Numbered from the stretch's first letter, positions 26,559 to 42,343 are shown. The stretch: 64,000 nucleotides of DNA from Paramecium tetraurelia (GCA_000165425.1 CT868208.1:434001-498000); one strand, 5' to 3'. A program made the numbers and translations. Notes: generated by a model not told the origin, from the letters alone.

Positions 26559-28350
26559 TCATGAGAATTTATACATAGAAAGTTGATTAGTTTTTATGGT
26601 TTCGATTTCCGAAAGTGCATTTTCTAATCTTTCTCTTAACGCATCAATTTCAATACTGCATAGAACTTTTTCATATTAATAGTTAAGTTTATTAAAGTCT
26701 TAATACTAATAATGCAATTTCTTAGTTATATATACAATATTTTTACATGAATTTATTCTTACAAATCTTTTTTCTCTTTAGACAGCATTGCTACTTATTT
26801 TGTCAATTGGTTAATAGTTTCTTAGTTATCAATTTATTCTTTATTCCTTAAATCAGATTAGTACTTAAAATTATCGATTTCTTTTTGTTGCTGTTGCAAT
26901 TTTTAATCTAATCGAATCTTAATGAATTATGAAAAAAGATACTTTCTGTTATGATTATTATGATAAATCATTTAGTAGCTATTATCTTTCTTGTTAAAAT
27001 TATTGGATTTCTTTAGACATTAATTAAAACTTTTATGTAATATCATCTTAGAATTCTTATTCAAACTTTCCTTGTTTTGCTTTTGCTTAATTTAACTCTT
27101 ATTCATAATTCTCTCTAATGGATAGCATTTATTATTGCAATTAGTCATATTTTAACTATAATTAAGAGAACTAAATATTTTATGATTTAATCTAATTATC
27201 TTTTTCTTTGGAGAGATCTTTCACTTTATTTATTTAATTGAGCATATCCTATTCATATATAGTGTAGGAGAGTTTATCATGATTCTTCTTTTCTTGTAAT
27301 TAGTTATTCAAATGTTTATTAATAGAATTTAAATTTTCAATTTCATTTCGTTACTCTATAATTTTCGTTTCATATATCGAAATTTATGACTAAAGTATTT
27401 CTAATTGATTTTAAAGTTCATGATTATAAGTATCCAACTTCCGAACATCAATACTTAATATTTCTAGTTAAGTGTTTCTTGTTTTTAAATCATCAATTTC
27501 ATTTTCTCTCAAATTAATAATTTCTTTAAGTTTTTCTAGTTCTTATTCATTCACAACTCTTTTTTTCATAATCTCCTATTATGTTCTCATTTCATCCATA
27601 TCAATTTTAATTCTTTGATATAGATTATTCATTCGTACCAATTCTTTTTATGCTTAATCCTTCTAAGCATTAGCATCAACAATCTATGTTTTTAATTCAA
27701 ATTAATCCATCTCTAATTAATGACATTTCTTCCTTGTTTTTTCAGTTTCTCTATTCGATGTATCTAATTCCCTTTATAAATGTTTGAGTTCATCATTTAA
27801 GCCATTCAAAGTAGCTTAATAAAATTGCTTTAATTGTTAAGATTGATTATGCATTTCCATTTTATAATGGTTTTCCGCATCTTACAATTATTTAACTTTG
27901 TCATTTTCACTTAAAATAAACTTTTATCTCCATTAATCACTTTCATTTCTAATAACTCTAATTCTATCTTCAACTTCCCCTATATAATCGATCATCGCTT
28001 TTTGCCGAATATATTTCTGAGAATTACTATTATGGATGTTAAAGTTCAACAGCAGAAGTTGGCAATTTCAATTCTTTTTGTTATGGGAAAGTTTATATTT
28101 GCTGAATAGTTTATTGCGGTATATAATTATTTGGTGATTACTAAGTTCTATAAACAGTTTGGCCGGATTTTGGCGCAACATTAACTGGGGACATATTTTA
28201 TCTGATTTTATTAGCATAAACGATCTATTCATTTACAGGAACAGGAACTGCTTGATGCACAATTGCATTCAATGCTGGTTTCTATTATTAAGGTTCAGAT
28301 GAAAAAGAATTTTTGTTTGGTTAATATGCATTTGGTGAAACCGATCTCAT
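26559..28350 (-). CDS. Coiled-coil protein (frame break near 27970-28030)
   Basis: MRSVSPNAY.. N-terminus followed by a long heptad-rich frame. An in-frame TGA at about 27970 requires a +1 shift or an unusual intron. Confidence 0.65.
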
Positions 28351-28457
28351 TAATTATTTATTATTAAATTTATTCTCAAAATATAAACAATAAATTTATT
28401 ATATCTAATTTCTTAACGTACTTTTTTTTTAATATTACTATCTATTTATTTTGATAT

Positions 28458-31400
28458 ATGCTTAATATGAAAGGGTTTATTTACTTCATAAACAAGAAAT
28501 ATTTGGATGAAATATAATTTATTAAATTAGATTGTTATCAATCACCTTTAAAACTATAGTTATTATTATTCAAATAATTTTTAGATTGAGGAATGATATA
28601 TTAAAAGCTGATCTATTAACAAAAATGATCTTACAAAAGTAACCTAATTTTGTGAGGATAAAATAAGATATATCTTTTATTGCTTGAATTAAATGAATTC
28701 GGTTATATTAAGTTTTCTTACACATGATTTTTAGAATAAATCTATTAACCTCTTTTAAGAAAGAGGAAAAGAATCCCAATATAAACTTTTCTACTTAAAT
28801 TATACTATCTCCTTCTTTAAGTGATAAACAGAAATAGATGATTCTAAAAAGTATCTTATCAAAATCTACAAAACCTAAATTACATATTATTTTAGCCAAA
28901 AAATAACTCTGATCTTTACATTATGACCAGCATTAGGTACTATTTGGCATTATTTGAAGATGATGTAGTCAGTATTAAAAGAAATAGTGTTATGGTATAT
29001 TTTATTATAAAAATTATTCAAATATCTACAAAAAATCTGAAGAAAAGTTTCAAACTTAGAATATACTTAATAAGCAACAGTCTCTATAAAGGAGTTCTTT
29101 TAGTAATAATAAGATGACTTTTATAATATAAAAATTTATCGAAATAATATTACTTAGTTTTTATATTAAACAACTTTCTATTTTTTTTCATAATATATTA
29201 ATTTTAACAGAATAATTCAGGTATTTAAATTTGTAATATATAATGCTCTAATCACCTAAATATGCAATTTCAACTGCTAAATCTTAGTAGAAAGTGTTGA
29301 CCTTAGAAACCAACACCTCTTAATTTGATGCCACTTCAACAATTATCTAATCAATGTATTTACAAATAGATGAATTGATTGAAACAATAAAAAAGAGAAA
29401 TCCAAAGTACATTAAATAATAGAAAACTGAAGAGAATAGCATGACATATCAAGATTAATTAAACATGTTTAAGGCTGATGAAGAATCAACTAATTTATAA
29501 TAGTATTATTTAGCGATTGAATCAGAAGAAATATCAAATGCCTTATATGCCCAACCAAATGATGTTTTACTTTAATAGGCACAGATGAAAAAAACTTTAT
29601 AAGCTCTTTAAACAAAGATAAATCAAACTAAACAAGTAAAATTGTTTTTTATATAAAAGACTCTTAGTATAACCGAAAATGAGTATAGAGAACTTGAATC
29701 AAAAGCACAAGCTATCTAGGAAAAACAATAAAATTATGCTTCAATCTTATTAAAACTCAAAGAAAAATAATAGATTAATGATTCAGTTAACAAATTACTA
29801 GATTAAGTAGGTTAATAGTAATGGTTAAAGCTACGTTAGTTATTTGATGTAGATATGATTAAGCTTAGTATTCCTTTTGAAAAGCTGATTAGACTTTAGC
29901 AATTATTATTGAAGGAATCAGAAAATTTGATACAAGTTGGAAAGCATTAATGTGTCTTGGAGGAGAAGAAATAATTTCTAATTGAGATTCAGTTATAATC
30001 ACCATTAATTAATCTAGTATTGTCATTTGATTAGATCCTGTTAAACATAATTCATCAACCAAAAGATTAATTAATCTCCAAGTAAGGATTATTAGTGTAA
30101 ACCGTGAAATGTCTTAATATTCTGCACTAAAACTTTTGCTGCATTATTCAAAGCTTGACTAAGTAAAATTATTCTTAAAAACAATTTGAGGAGTCTCAAA
30201 AGGAATTAATGTAGGTAACTGCTTAAGCTAAGGCATTTTCATTGAACAAAACTTAGTTGTTAATCGAAATTGATAAAATGAAGAAGCAACTAAAAGAAGT
30301 GTAATAATAACTATAAAATTCTTAAATGACGACAGATCGAAATATTGAAAATGAAGTCTAAAACCTGTTAGCAATGTATTTGAAGGATAAAGAAATCTTG
30401 ATGAGGGAAATAAAATTTAAATATGGTAAATAATATCATGACCATATGATTTTGGATGTCAAATAAGAATTCAAGAAAATATGTTTGGGATAGTAATTTG
30501 AGTAAACAAAAAAGATTGAATAAGCCTATAATAGAATGGATGAAATCTAAAAATAAATTATTAAAAATAAGGATAAAATTATTGAGTTATTGAAATAGTT
30601 GAAAGAGTATAAAAATACCTTTCAACAATCTAAAACGGAGGAATCGTAGATAGATAAAAAGGAATTCCTTCTACAACTATAAAATCTAAAAATTATTTTA
30701 CTTTAGCTTGAAAATAAAATATAGAAAAAAACACAACATAACTCAGAATAGCTGTTATAAGACCTATAGGTAGAAATAAATAAATTAAAGGAATTTATTG
30801 ATCAAAATTTTGTTGTTTAAAAACAAAGAAGTGATTCTATCGATACTATAAAAAAAACATAAAAGTTTGAACATGGAAGATCATAATCATAAATACCAAT
30901 AATTTCAACTTTGGGATCTGAAATTTCTGGTCCAATTTAAAGTCCAAAGAATATATAATATCCAGTTTAAAACGCTCAAGAGATATTTGATTCATCAGAT
31001 GATCCTATTTAAATTGTCAAGAAGCCATTTTCTGAATGGAATAGTTATCAATTAAGCTTTAATTAGAATTAGCTGAAATCAATATCTGGTATAAGTGGAT
31101 AAGAATAATCATTTATCACATAAAAAGAAAGTAGCTTACATGGTTCCATCCTAGAAGCTATGTCTAGTAATAGAAATAAGAAACCAGAGATTCATCTCAT
31201 AGTATTCTTACAATTGAACGAAAGTACCAAAACCTATGATCCAACTAAAAATGAAGATCCAACCAAATATGGTTATAGGCTGTATAGAATTGATAATCAA
31301 TTTAATGTAAACAATTAAATTATGAAAAGATCTTTAGTTCGGAAGAGAATGAGAATATGAATAGTTACTAAAAGTTTGAAAGGCGACTTGATGTTAAATA

Positions 31401-31634
31401 ACTTATTTTGGTAAGGATAATATTTAATTATAGGATGATTGCAGCCAAAATGCTTTGAAGTTTAGGATGATTTATGAACCTTCAATGAGAGGAATAGTTT
31501 AAGATAGTTTGGCTCTAAGACATTTAAATATGCAACATCTGCCATTCAAATTATAAGGAAACACTTTAATAGTAAATGGGTTATGCTTAAACGAGCAAGA
31601 CTTAATTAAATTATAATTATTATTTAAGTAATGA
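28458..31634 (+). CDS. Large coiled-coil protein, 5' structure uncertain
   Basis: Long open coiled-coil frame from about 29200 to TGA at 31632. The 5' exons (28458-29200) could not be joined cleanly. Confidence 0.55.
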
Positions 31635-31657
31635 ATATATTATTAAACAATTATTGA

Positions 31658-31704
31658 ATTACGTGTCCATATTATTATTAAAATATTATTGTATTACGTG
31701 TCCA
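31658..31704 (+). promoter_or_regulatory. Doubled 12-bp motif ATTACGTGTCCA upstream of SRP54
   Basis: Exact copies at 31658-31669 and 31693-31704 in a 105-bp AT-rich spacer; the second ends 35 bp before the ATG. Confidence 0.5.
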
Positions 31705-31739
31705 GATAATTATTTTTTTAATAATAATAATAAATATAT

Positions 31740-33357
<1,618 letters not shown>

Positions 33358-33752
33358 TCTAAGATTATTAAAAATTGTAATTCAAACAATTTTATTCTCA
33401 TAATTTATTATTTATCGATTTCATTTAATCTTTGAGTTATAATAATAGCATTTAATTGCTATAGTCTCTGAATAATTTTAAAATCAGCCACTTTCAGGGT
33501 CTTAATAATTCATCAGAATGATATAGGTTTATTAAAAGTTTTTAATGAAGTAAAGAAGAGAGAAAGTTATATAAAATCAATCAATCTTCCGAATTGAAGT
33601 GTTTAAATAAATGAACAGATTTTGTTAAAAATAATTCCTTTATAATAACAAATAACTTGTTATTAATATACATACATAATAGTCATTGATTTTTTTGACC
33701 TAATTTTTAATTTAGGTTTTATTGTAGCATTTAATTTCTTTTTTAAAGCTCT

Positions 33753-34134
33753 TCATGAATTTTTTATAATTCTTCGTAATGATTTTACAAAGTTTTTAAC
33801 TCTCTTTCTTATTATTTCAAATTCTATTCGTAATCTATTTATGGCAATTGATCTAATTCACGCATTAATCTATTAATTTCAAATTCTTGTGCATTTATCT
33901 CTTCAATTGCATCAGATTGATTTATTTCAACGCAACTCTTATCTAATTTTTTTAATTCTTCTAGTCTTAATAATTTTTTGTATGATTGTTCTAATTTTTA
34001 ATAATCAGATTGAGGAATTTATGGTTCCTTTTCCTCCTTGTCTTCCTCTATCACTATGTCATATGTTTGAGTTGAAGTGGATAAATAAATAGTTGAGTTT
34101 GATTGTAAATTATTTGGAGGAATTTCCAATCCAT
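33753..34134 (-). CDS. Small hypothetical coiled-coil protein (possibly decayed)
   Basis: MDWKFLQII.. open frame with acidic coiled-coil character. Start codon uncertain. Confidence 0.4.
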
Positions 34135-34549
34135 TATACTCCTTAATTTTCTAAGAAATTGTGTAATTTTATAAATCTATGTTTTATAAATTTACATCAA
34201 TTTGGTTATTAGATTTTGTTTGATTCCTTTAATTTTTAAGTTTTTTTTTATTATCTTCCTTTTTTAATTTTTTTAGTTATTTCTAGTCATTTAATATTGT
34301 TATTAAATTCATTTATTAAATTTAATGAAAAAAGAAATCAAATTAATCGAGTAATTATTTTTAATTCTTATACTTCTTTCTGTCAAAGAAAATTGATTAT
34401 TGAACATCAGTATAAAAACTAAAATCGAAAAATTTTAATATAAATTTTAGATGTTAGGGCTAAAATGAAGAGGATTTAGCAAAAATAAAATAAATCATTT
34501 GATTCAATAGAATGATTCATTTGAAATTATACTCTCTATTTCCTCACAT

Positions 34550-35061
34550 TCATATGTTTATTACTTTTACAATTTCTCCTGATCTTATTAGATTAATGAG
34601 ATCACCTATTTACTTTAAATACTTTAGTTTGTGCTGAAAAAGCTTAGTTAAGATTTTCGTTTCTCCAATAGGGAATTTATTTTTATCGAAACCTATGAAT
34701 TTTTAATTATCATGTCTGGAGTATTATCCGAAAAATCCCTTTCAATTTCTAATTAAGTAGAAGCTCTTCTTTTGCATTAATTTCTTAAATTCGAAAAGAA
34801 TCGATCTTATTTCGCTTTAGGATCTGTTTTCATTTTGATGTTCAAAGAACTCAAATAATCAACTATTGATAACTCAATTTGGAGATTTTTTTTTTTTAAT
34901 TCATTATCTTCTTGGCATTCTCTGATGTTTAATTCCAATGATCTTCCTGAATACCCTCCATAGTAATCTTCTTATTAATCTACATTGATGTTTTAATATG
35001 ATATCTGAGAAAGATTAAGCTCTTTTAAATTAACTGGTTATTACTATTAATCGAGGTCCAT
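34550..35061 (-). CDS. Hypothetical protein
   Basis: MDLDQQQQPVNLKEL.. open about 170 codons to TGA in the ciliate code. Confidence 0.55.
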
Positions 35062-36828
35062 ACAAATATATTTTATTAATTTTTAGATGTCAAAAATATC
35101 TGAATTATCCATTCATACATTAGTAATAGTAGATGAGTAGATTCTAATATAATACAACTTTGATTCTTATAATGGAGACTCATTTATTCATACTCTAATC
35201 GAATCTAATTAAATATCGTTCCTCTATAACCATATACAAGTAAAAGCCTTGAAGGATGCTTTAGAATTTGAAATAATTTCATCTTGATCTTGTTAAAAAG
35301 GCAATTCTCTTTAAAGAAAAAGAAATTGAACTGAAATTTTTTAGTATAAAACCAAAAAATAATTATCATAACTGATTTACACGTATTAATAATCTGAACA
35401 TCATAAAGTGCTGATGAAATATTCTATTCATATTATTTATTTATAAAGGCCAATAATCAATTTGGCTCTAATATCAAGGACAAATAACATATTACCTTAA
35501 AAATTAATTATTCATCAGATGAAATGAGATTAAAATTATTCTTTAAAGTGGCCAAAAATTCAAAGTTATATAAAAAGAGTTATTGAATAGCAATCAAACT
35601 AAGCTATAAAGAATCTTCATTAACAATGACATAAAGCAGAACATCTAATCAACTTGCTATGAATTTTAATAAACATTTCAAATTTTGTTAACAATTTATT
35701 ATTGGAAATTCTTCAAATCAATAAGATAATAATTATTAGATTCTCAGCCTTTAAGAACTTTAATACTCCAATATATTCCCCTTATATATATTGCATTTTT
35801 TCCAAATTTCAAGCATAATTATTCTAACTTAAAAGTCTTAAATCTCCCATCTTTTGATATTTACTTATATAGAATTTTAGAATGAATTGATTTTGAATAA
35901 CATATTATTATTAATGCAAAGAATTATGATTGAAAATTTCTCTTAATTGAAATTACAAAAAATTTTGTTATAGTTTTTGCCATTTTAATTCACAGGTGTA
36001 AATTCGAGTAAGTTGAACTTAGATTTTGATCGAGGTTTATTGCGACTATCACTTTAATTGGTACTACCTAAACCTAGTTTGAACTTTTAAAAAGCTGATA
36101 TGAATAAAAACTTTTAATTAAATTTTCATTTTTGTTTTAACAATAACTCTTTATGTGAGTAAGAATTAATTGCTTATTGAGTACTTTTATTTTCTATAAA
36201 TTAGAAATCTTGTTACTATTTAAAATAAGAACGGCTTGATAATTCAAAACCAATTTAGTACCATATAGAGAAGACTAAAATTTATGAATGTATGAATAAG
36301 ATTGTAAGGGTAACAAAAGTCATTTATAAATAAAAGACAATTTAGAAGAAGGTTAATCTAATTTAATCAAATTTTGATATTATTTCATATTTCCACTTAC
36401 AAATTAAAAACAATCAAAAAATCTACGTGATACTTAAAAGTTTATAGAATAAGAGATAAAGTTTTAAATATCGATAGAAATCGTCTCTATATGTCATTAA
36501 TGTTCTCAACTGTTAATTGTATTTTGAATCATACTATTTATTTGTGCCTCAAACAAGGCAATTAAAATCAAATATAAAGTAAAAATGAGATTTAATATTG
36601 TTTGATGGACTTAGATGGTATTAAGTCATTAAAAAAGGCAGTAAGGATTTAAAAGACGATAATATGGGAGATTCGATTGAATCTAAAGGTGTATTTATGA
36701 GTAATTGAATCATAGCACTGGTTAGAATATAATATTTTTTCGTATTATTTATTTTACTATATAAGGGTTGAGTATATAAGAAATTAAATTTAAAAAAATA
36801 AATTGAAGTATTTAAAGTGTTTAAAATA

Positions 36829-39550
36829 ATGCAAGAATTTGTCGAATTAATTTAGGCAGCATTTTTCGCAAAGGAAAATAATTAACGTAGTTAAGCTGAG
36901 TAGCAGCTTGTGAATTTGAAGCATCAATTACCAAATGAGTTTTTTTAGAAGTGCAGCTCTGCATTCATATCTCCTCAATTGGATTCTCAAACCAGAGTAG
37001 CAGCAGGGACATTGCTATAGAGATGTATAACATATGAGCAAGGATGGCTGGCAATCGGGTTAGATGTAAAGCGAAAAATCAAAGATGAGTTGCTTTCCCA
37101 ACTAATTTCTAGTGATTAAAATATTAAAAAGTCTGCAGCAAGCGTAAACTTTCCATAATAATTTAATAGTGCTTATCAGGGATTTGTGCAATTGAATTGC
37201 CAAGATAAGAGTGGCCTGAAATCATCAGCGTATTAGTATAGAATACTCGACATGATTCAATAGAAGTGAAAAAAGCGGCAACTATAACTCTTGGTTATAT
37301 TTGTGAAGCTTTGAAAAATTAGAAGTAATCAATAGAGAAGACAGAGAGTGAAAAAGTATTGTACGGAATATGTATGGGATTACAAGGAGAGAAATAAATC
37401 AAGTTGATTTCAATCAGAGCATTGAAGGACAGCTTGCAATTCATGGATCAAGTATTGGCACAATAATAAGTCAGAGATCATGTGACCAAGTTGTTGGTTG
37501 AATAGGCTGTATCTTAAGATGCTGAAATAAGATTGGCAGCATTAGAATGCTTGATTGACTACACCAAAGCAATATTCGATTATTTAGGTACGAATTCTAA
37601 ATATAAATTTAGAATAATATATTTTGGGTTTATGGAATTGTACATAAGAAAGCATTTATCATTAAGATTTTGCCATAGTGACAATGGAAATATGGTAGAG
37701 CATTGCATCTGAAATAAATGAGAGATCTGCTGTCAGTAATAGAACTAATTTGGGATTCAGAAAAACATAAAAGGAAGCATTGCAAATAATTTCTTAATAA
37801 CTAATCTAAGCTGTCCTTTAAAACTTGCTGATCTCTGATGAGGATGAGGAGGATGACGAAGAATAAGGAATTTAAGAGGCAGCATATAAGGCAGCATCTT
37901 CAATTAGTGAGGCTTTGGGAAGTCTAAGTTATCAACTTTACTTAAGATTTATTGAGAGTAATTGAATTATTTAATCTATTATAGATACACTCCAAGCACT
38001 AGAATGGTAAAATAGAAAGGCTTCATTATTAGCATTTTCATCAATGGTTGAGACAGCCGATGTTTTGGAATTGTTCTAATTTTCTAATTCAGCAATTGGT
38101 GAATTTATCAAAAAACTAGCTGATTCTCATAAATAGGTTAGATATGCTGCTGGTAGAGTGATCACAAGAATTGCTGAAAATTACCCATTAGTTATTTTGA
38201 AGCATCAATATGCTGATGACTACATTAATTAATTTTCATAATTTTTGTAAGGAAATACAAAATTGACTAAATATTTATTATGGACTCTTGTTAACCTTAC
38301 AGAAGCTTTCAGAGATGATGCTCAAAATTAATTTGGCAAATATTACGATTTTTTAATATCTTAATTTGCTGCTGTTGTTGGAAGATAAGATTTTTAGAAT
38401 GGAACTCTCTTAGATATAGCCTGGGTTGGTATCATCAATTGCTTGTAATGTGTGAAAGAGCCTTAAAAAATAAAGACATACTTGGAAGCATTTGGTTAAT
38501 AAATGCTTGCAGTATATTCATAAAGTGGGTGGTAAAAGGAGGCCAATATATCAGGATTATTGTCAGCAATTCATATTTGTTTCTTGAGATTAGTAGTGTT
38601 GGGAGATTAGTGTGATATCCAATTGATGAACAATTTCTATCAACTTATCGTTGATTACTTTAAAAAGATCTAAACAGTGACATAAGATGGTTTCTATGCT
38701 ATTAGTGCTATTGCTCAATGTAATTAAATATGAATATATTATATAGATAGCAAAATCAATTTTAAATCCCTCTTAGAAGATTTCATGTAAAATTATTTGG
38801 AAATTGGTTTGTAAAAGAAATTAGAAATCGAGACATTCAAAGGAGCCATTTTGTGTTTGGCTGACATTGCCAGATCCCTTTAATTTAAAGAGTTCAGTAA
38901 ATACTTACGCATTTTAGAATATCTGATTACTTGTGTTAATGTAAATTGATTTTGTAATATTCCATATAGGACTAACAAGTCAACAGAGTGGCCAAGATTG
39001 CTTTGTTTGTTTGCATAGCTGACATAGTCCTGATAGCTGAACAAGATGCTGAACCCTACTTTTAAGCCATTTGGCAATTAGTAAAGAGTGGATTCGGCGC
39101 TTCGATCTACTTCACATAGAATAAGGACATGACACAATTGGAATATTATGAAAATCTAAATGATGCCTTGTTGAATTGTTATCTGTGCATGTTACATGCA
39201 TTCAACTTGAACAAGGTACCCTACCTTCCCATCTATCAAACCATATAAGAATTGTGCATGTTCATTTAAGCAACATCTGACAAGTCATTGACACCCACAG
39301 TGGTATTGATTATTGTTAGCAATCATAGGAATACATTCGTCTTTGTGTGACTTGTCTCCTCGATTGTGTGGCCTATTATAAGCAAGTAAAGGGACAAGAG
39401 AATATGTCTTAAAAAATACTCACCAGTCCTCTTCTCATCAGCCTATTGGATATGTTAAAACAATATTCAAACTAATAAGAAAATCAATAATTAATTATGT
39501 ATGCTAATGATTTGTGCAAATCATTCCAATTGCCTTAATATTTGAATTGA
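36829..39550 (+). CDS. Importin-beta (karyopherin beta-1-like) HEAT-repeat protein
   Basis: N-terminal IBN_N-like RSQAEQQL..RVAAGTLL, IELPRQEWPEII, TLGYICE, acidic loop DEDEEDDEE, WQNRKAS. Multiple tiny introns. Confidence 0.88.
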
Positions 39551-39694
39551 GATCATCATTATATATTATTATGTTTAATTGAGATGTGTTGTGTTCATTC
39601 CGACAGAGTAGAATGCTCTATAAATCTATAATATAATTTATAAGCTCATTAGTATTCATTGCCAAATTTTAAATATTTTTCAAAAAAATACATA

Positions 39695-40847
39695 ATGAAA
39701 GGAGGTAAATAATAAAAGAACAAATCAATCTGGGATCAAGTCAAAAACGAAGAAAAGGACTTCTACTTCAACTTTTTGGCTAAAAAATACAGGAATCTCT
39801 AAAAGAAACTCAAGGATATTGCTGACCTAGAGGAATTACAAAAAACTAAAGAATTGAAGCAAGAATAGATCTAGAAGATCCAAGGCAAAGATGAAAACAA
39901 TGAAAGAATTAAAGAATTAGAAGGTACACTCTCGAATTGGCTCAACGCTAAGAAAGAAGCCGAACAATAAGGATCCATAATCACTATTGAAGCATATATT
40001 ATAATTCTTTAAAATCTCGCCTAAGATCCATAATTGGTTGCTTTGTTAGCCCAAGACCATGAATCCACACATGAATTAGCTAAAAAATTGTAATCTAAAA
40101 TAGTTGGATAAGGCAAAACAGATTAACCATGGAAAGGATTGAAAGTATTTGAATTACTACTAATATTTAGTTAAATGTTCAAGTCTAAGAATAAGTCCAA
40201 GAACCTAAACAAACCTAAGATGTAACAGAAACAGAACCTATCCAATAATAAGTTCAATAAGTTATACAACAATAAGAATAACATACCCATTCAAAATAAA
40301 AACCTTCAGAGGAAGTCTAACATTAATCCAAATAGCCTGAATAGCCTGAAGTCTAAGAATCTTAAGAACAACAATAATTCAATGAATAACAACCATCAAA
40401 TGAACAACCCTAAGAAGATACCTAAAATTAAGACTAAGAACCCAAGCAAGATCAATAACCATAATAAAGACATCATCAACATCATGACGATAGAAGAAAC
40501 TACAAAAAGAATTACAATAACAATAATTATGATAGAAGAAACAACTACGATAGACCATACAGAGGAAACAAATAACATTATCAAAATAGAGATAGAAATT
40601 ATCAATAGGAATAAATCTGGGAAGAAAAGGTTGACAAATAGGCCCCTTAAAATTAAGAAGACTAATAACAAGAAGAAGATGACTACATTACCGTTAGAAG
40701 CAAGTATCATTTACCTTTATGCCATCTAGAAAACCATAGAAACCATAGAGAGGAGGATAAAGAAATTATGACAATAGAAATAATAATAAAAACTATGAAG
40801 GCAACCAATAAAGAAGATAGAAAAATAATGAGGAAGGTGATTAATGA
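39695..40847 (+). CDS. Coiled-coil/low-complexity protein with Caprin/PYM-like N-terminal hairpin
   Basis: KKYRNLQKKLKDIADLEELQKTKELKQEQIQKI, then Q/E/P-rich and R/N/Y/G-rich regions. One intron near 40144. Confidence 0.7.
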
Positions 40848-41584
40848 GAGTATTTAAAAATATATATATATTTATGTATCAGTATCTATCATTTAATATT
40901 ATCCTTATCTAATACATTATTAAATGAAAAGATAGAATTGTAAACGCATTTATTTTTTAACTTATAAATTGTTGATTCCAATTTACTTTTTAGATAAATC
41001 CTCAAAAGTTACTAGCATTCATTTTTATAAAATATATACATCTTTTAATTAATGTAAATTCTATTCTTTATATTCAGCGATTATATATTATATTATCTTA
41101 TGATAATGTACATTTTTCAATAAAATATATTGGTATGAATTGATTAAATTTGGATACTCATAAGTAAGGTTTTCAATTTAAATTATTTATTACTAGGTTT
41201 GCTTACTATCAAGTAATTATAATCAAAAAATTCTTTAAATAATTTCAATTACCATATCATGATAATATATTATTCACTTATATACTGAAATTCTACAAGA
41301 ATTTTTAATATGAATTAAGATTCATGAAAAGATTTATTTAAATATTCATGCTTCCAGTGTATTGATGTTTGTTATAATATTCGAAAGGGGGATAACTTAT
41401 AAATCTGTTCAACCTTTGTAAATCATTCTCAGCGATTAACATATCTTTTTCAACATCTATTATTATATTTTCAATAATTTCTGACATGTCCCAAATCAAA
41501 TTAAATATTAAATTTTAATGTTTTTGTATTTCGATTTATATTGTGAAGTGAAAGCGAAAATAGAAATTTTATTATATTAACAAA

Positions 41585-42309
41585 ATCAATCTAATTTTTC
41601 TTGAGGAACTCCTCCCTTTCTTATTACTCTAATGATTTCTATATAATTCTAACTTTACTCTTTTGATTCTAATTTATCCTACTTTTCTTGCTTACTACCA
41701 TAAATGCATAAGGATGTCAAAACCACTATAAAGTCAACAACGACGTAAAAAGGTACCTACATGAAGGAGGTGATTAATTACCATTTTTAATCAGAATATC
41801 TTCTTAAACATTTTTTGAAATGTTCAATTTCTTTCGGAGTGTTGTAAGGTTCTAGATGTAGATATTTGTTATCATCTACTAATTGACTGAAATTACCGAT
41901 GTTGGTAGATTCTAGAAATTAATTAATGATTTTACGATTATAAAAATACATCTTATTATCAGTATCAAATATTCAAAGGTCGAATATTTGCTTATACCGA
42001 TCCTATCACCAATAAGTTCTTATTTATAACTTTGCTATTGTAAACCGATGCGTTTCTATTGCACCAATGCTTAGAGTGCCATTATAAGTTGATACCATTT
42101 CTTCCGAAATTTTAACTATTCTATGACAACCTTTACACCCTGAAGTCCAAAAGAATATAAACCATGGTTTTCTAATCCTTCATTGCCTAAAAGAGTGACT
42201 GCATCCCAGTTATTGTCATAATTACAAGTGTCTATTTTGGGAATTCTAAATCTGGCCTATCCTGGGAGCTGCAGAGTACAAAAATAACAAAAAGAAGCTT
42301 AAATTTCAT
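41585..42309 (-). pseudogene. Decayed thioredoxin/PDI-like membrane protein gene
   Basis: The signal peptide MKFKLLFVIFVLCSS, the segment NWDAVTL and the active-site block PWFIFFWTSGCKGCHR lie in three different frames. Further shifts and TGA downstream. 3' limit approximate. Confidence 0.7.
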
Positions 42310-42343
42310 TATTTTATTTTATTATTTCTAAATAATATATATT

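Noticed and set aside
40396..40710. 104-aa very hydrophobic minus-strand ORF, and the overlapping 40382-40729 plus-strand ORF
   Set aside because: Antisense and off-frame shadows of the A-rich low-complexity exon of the 39695-40847 gene.
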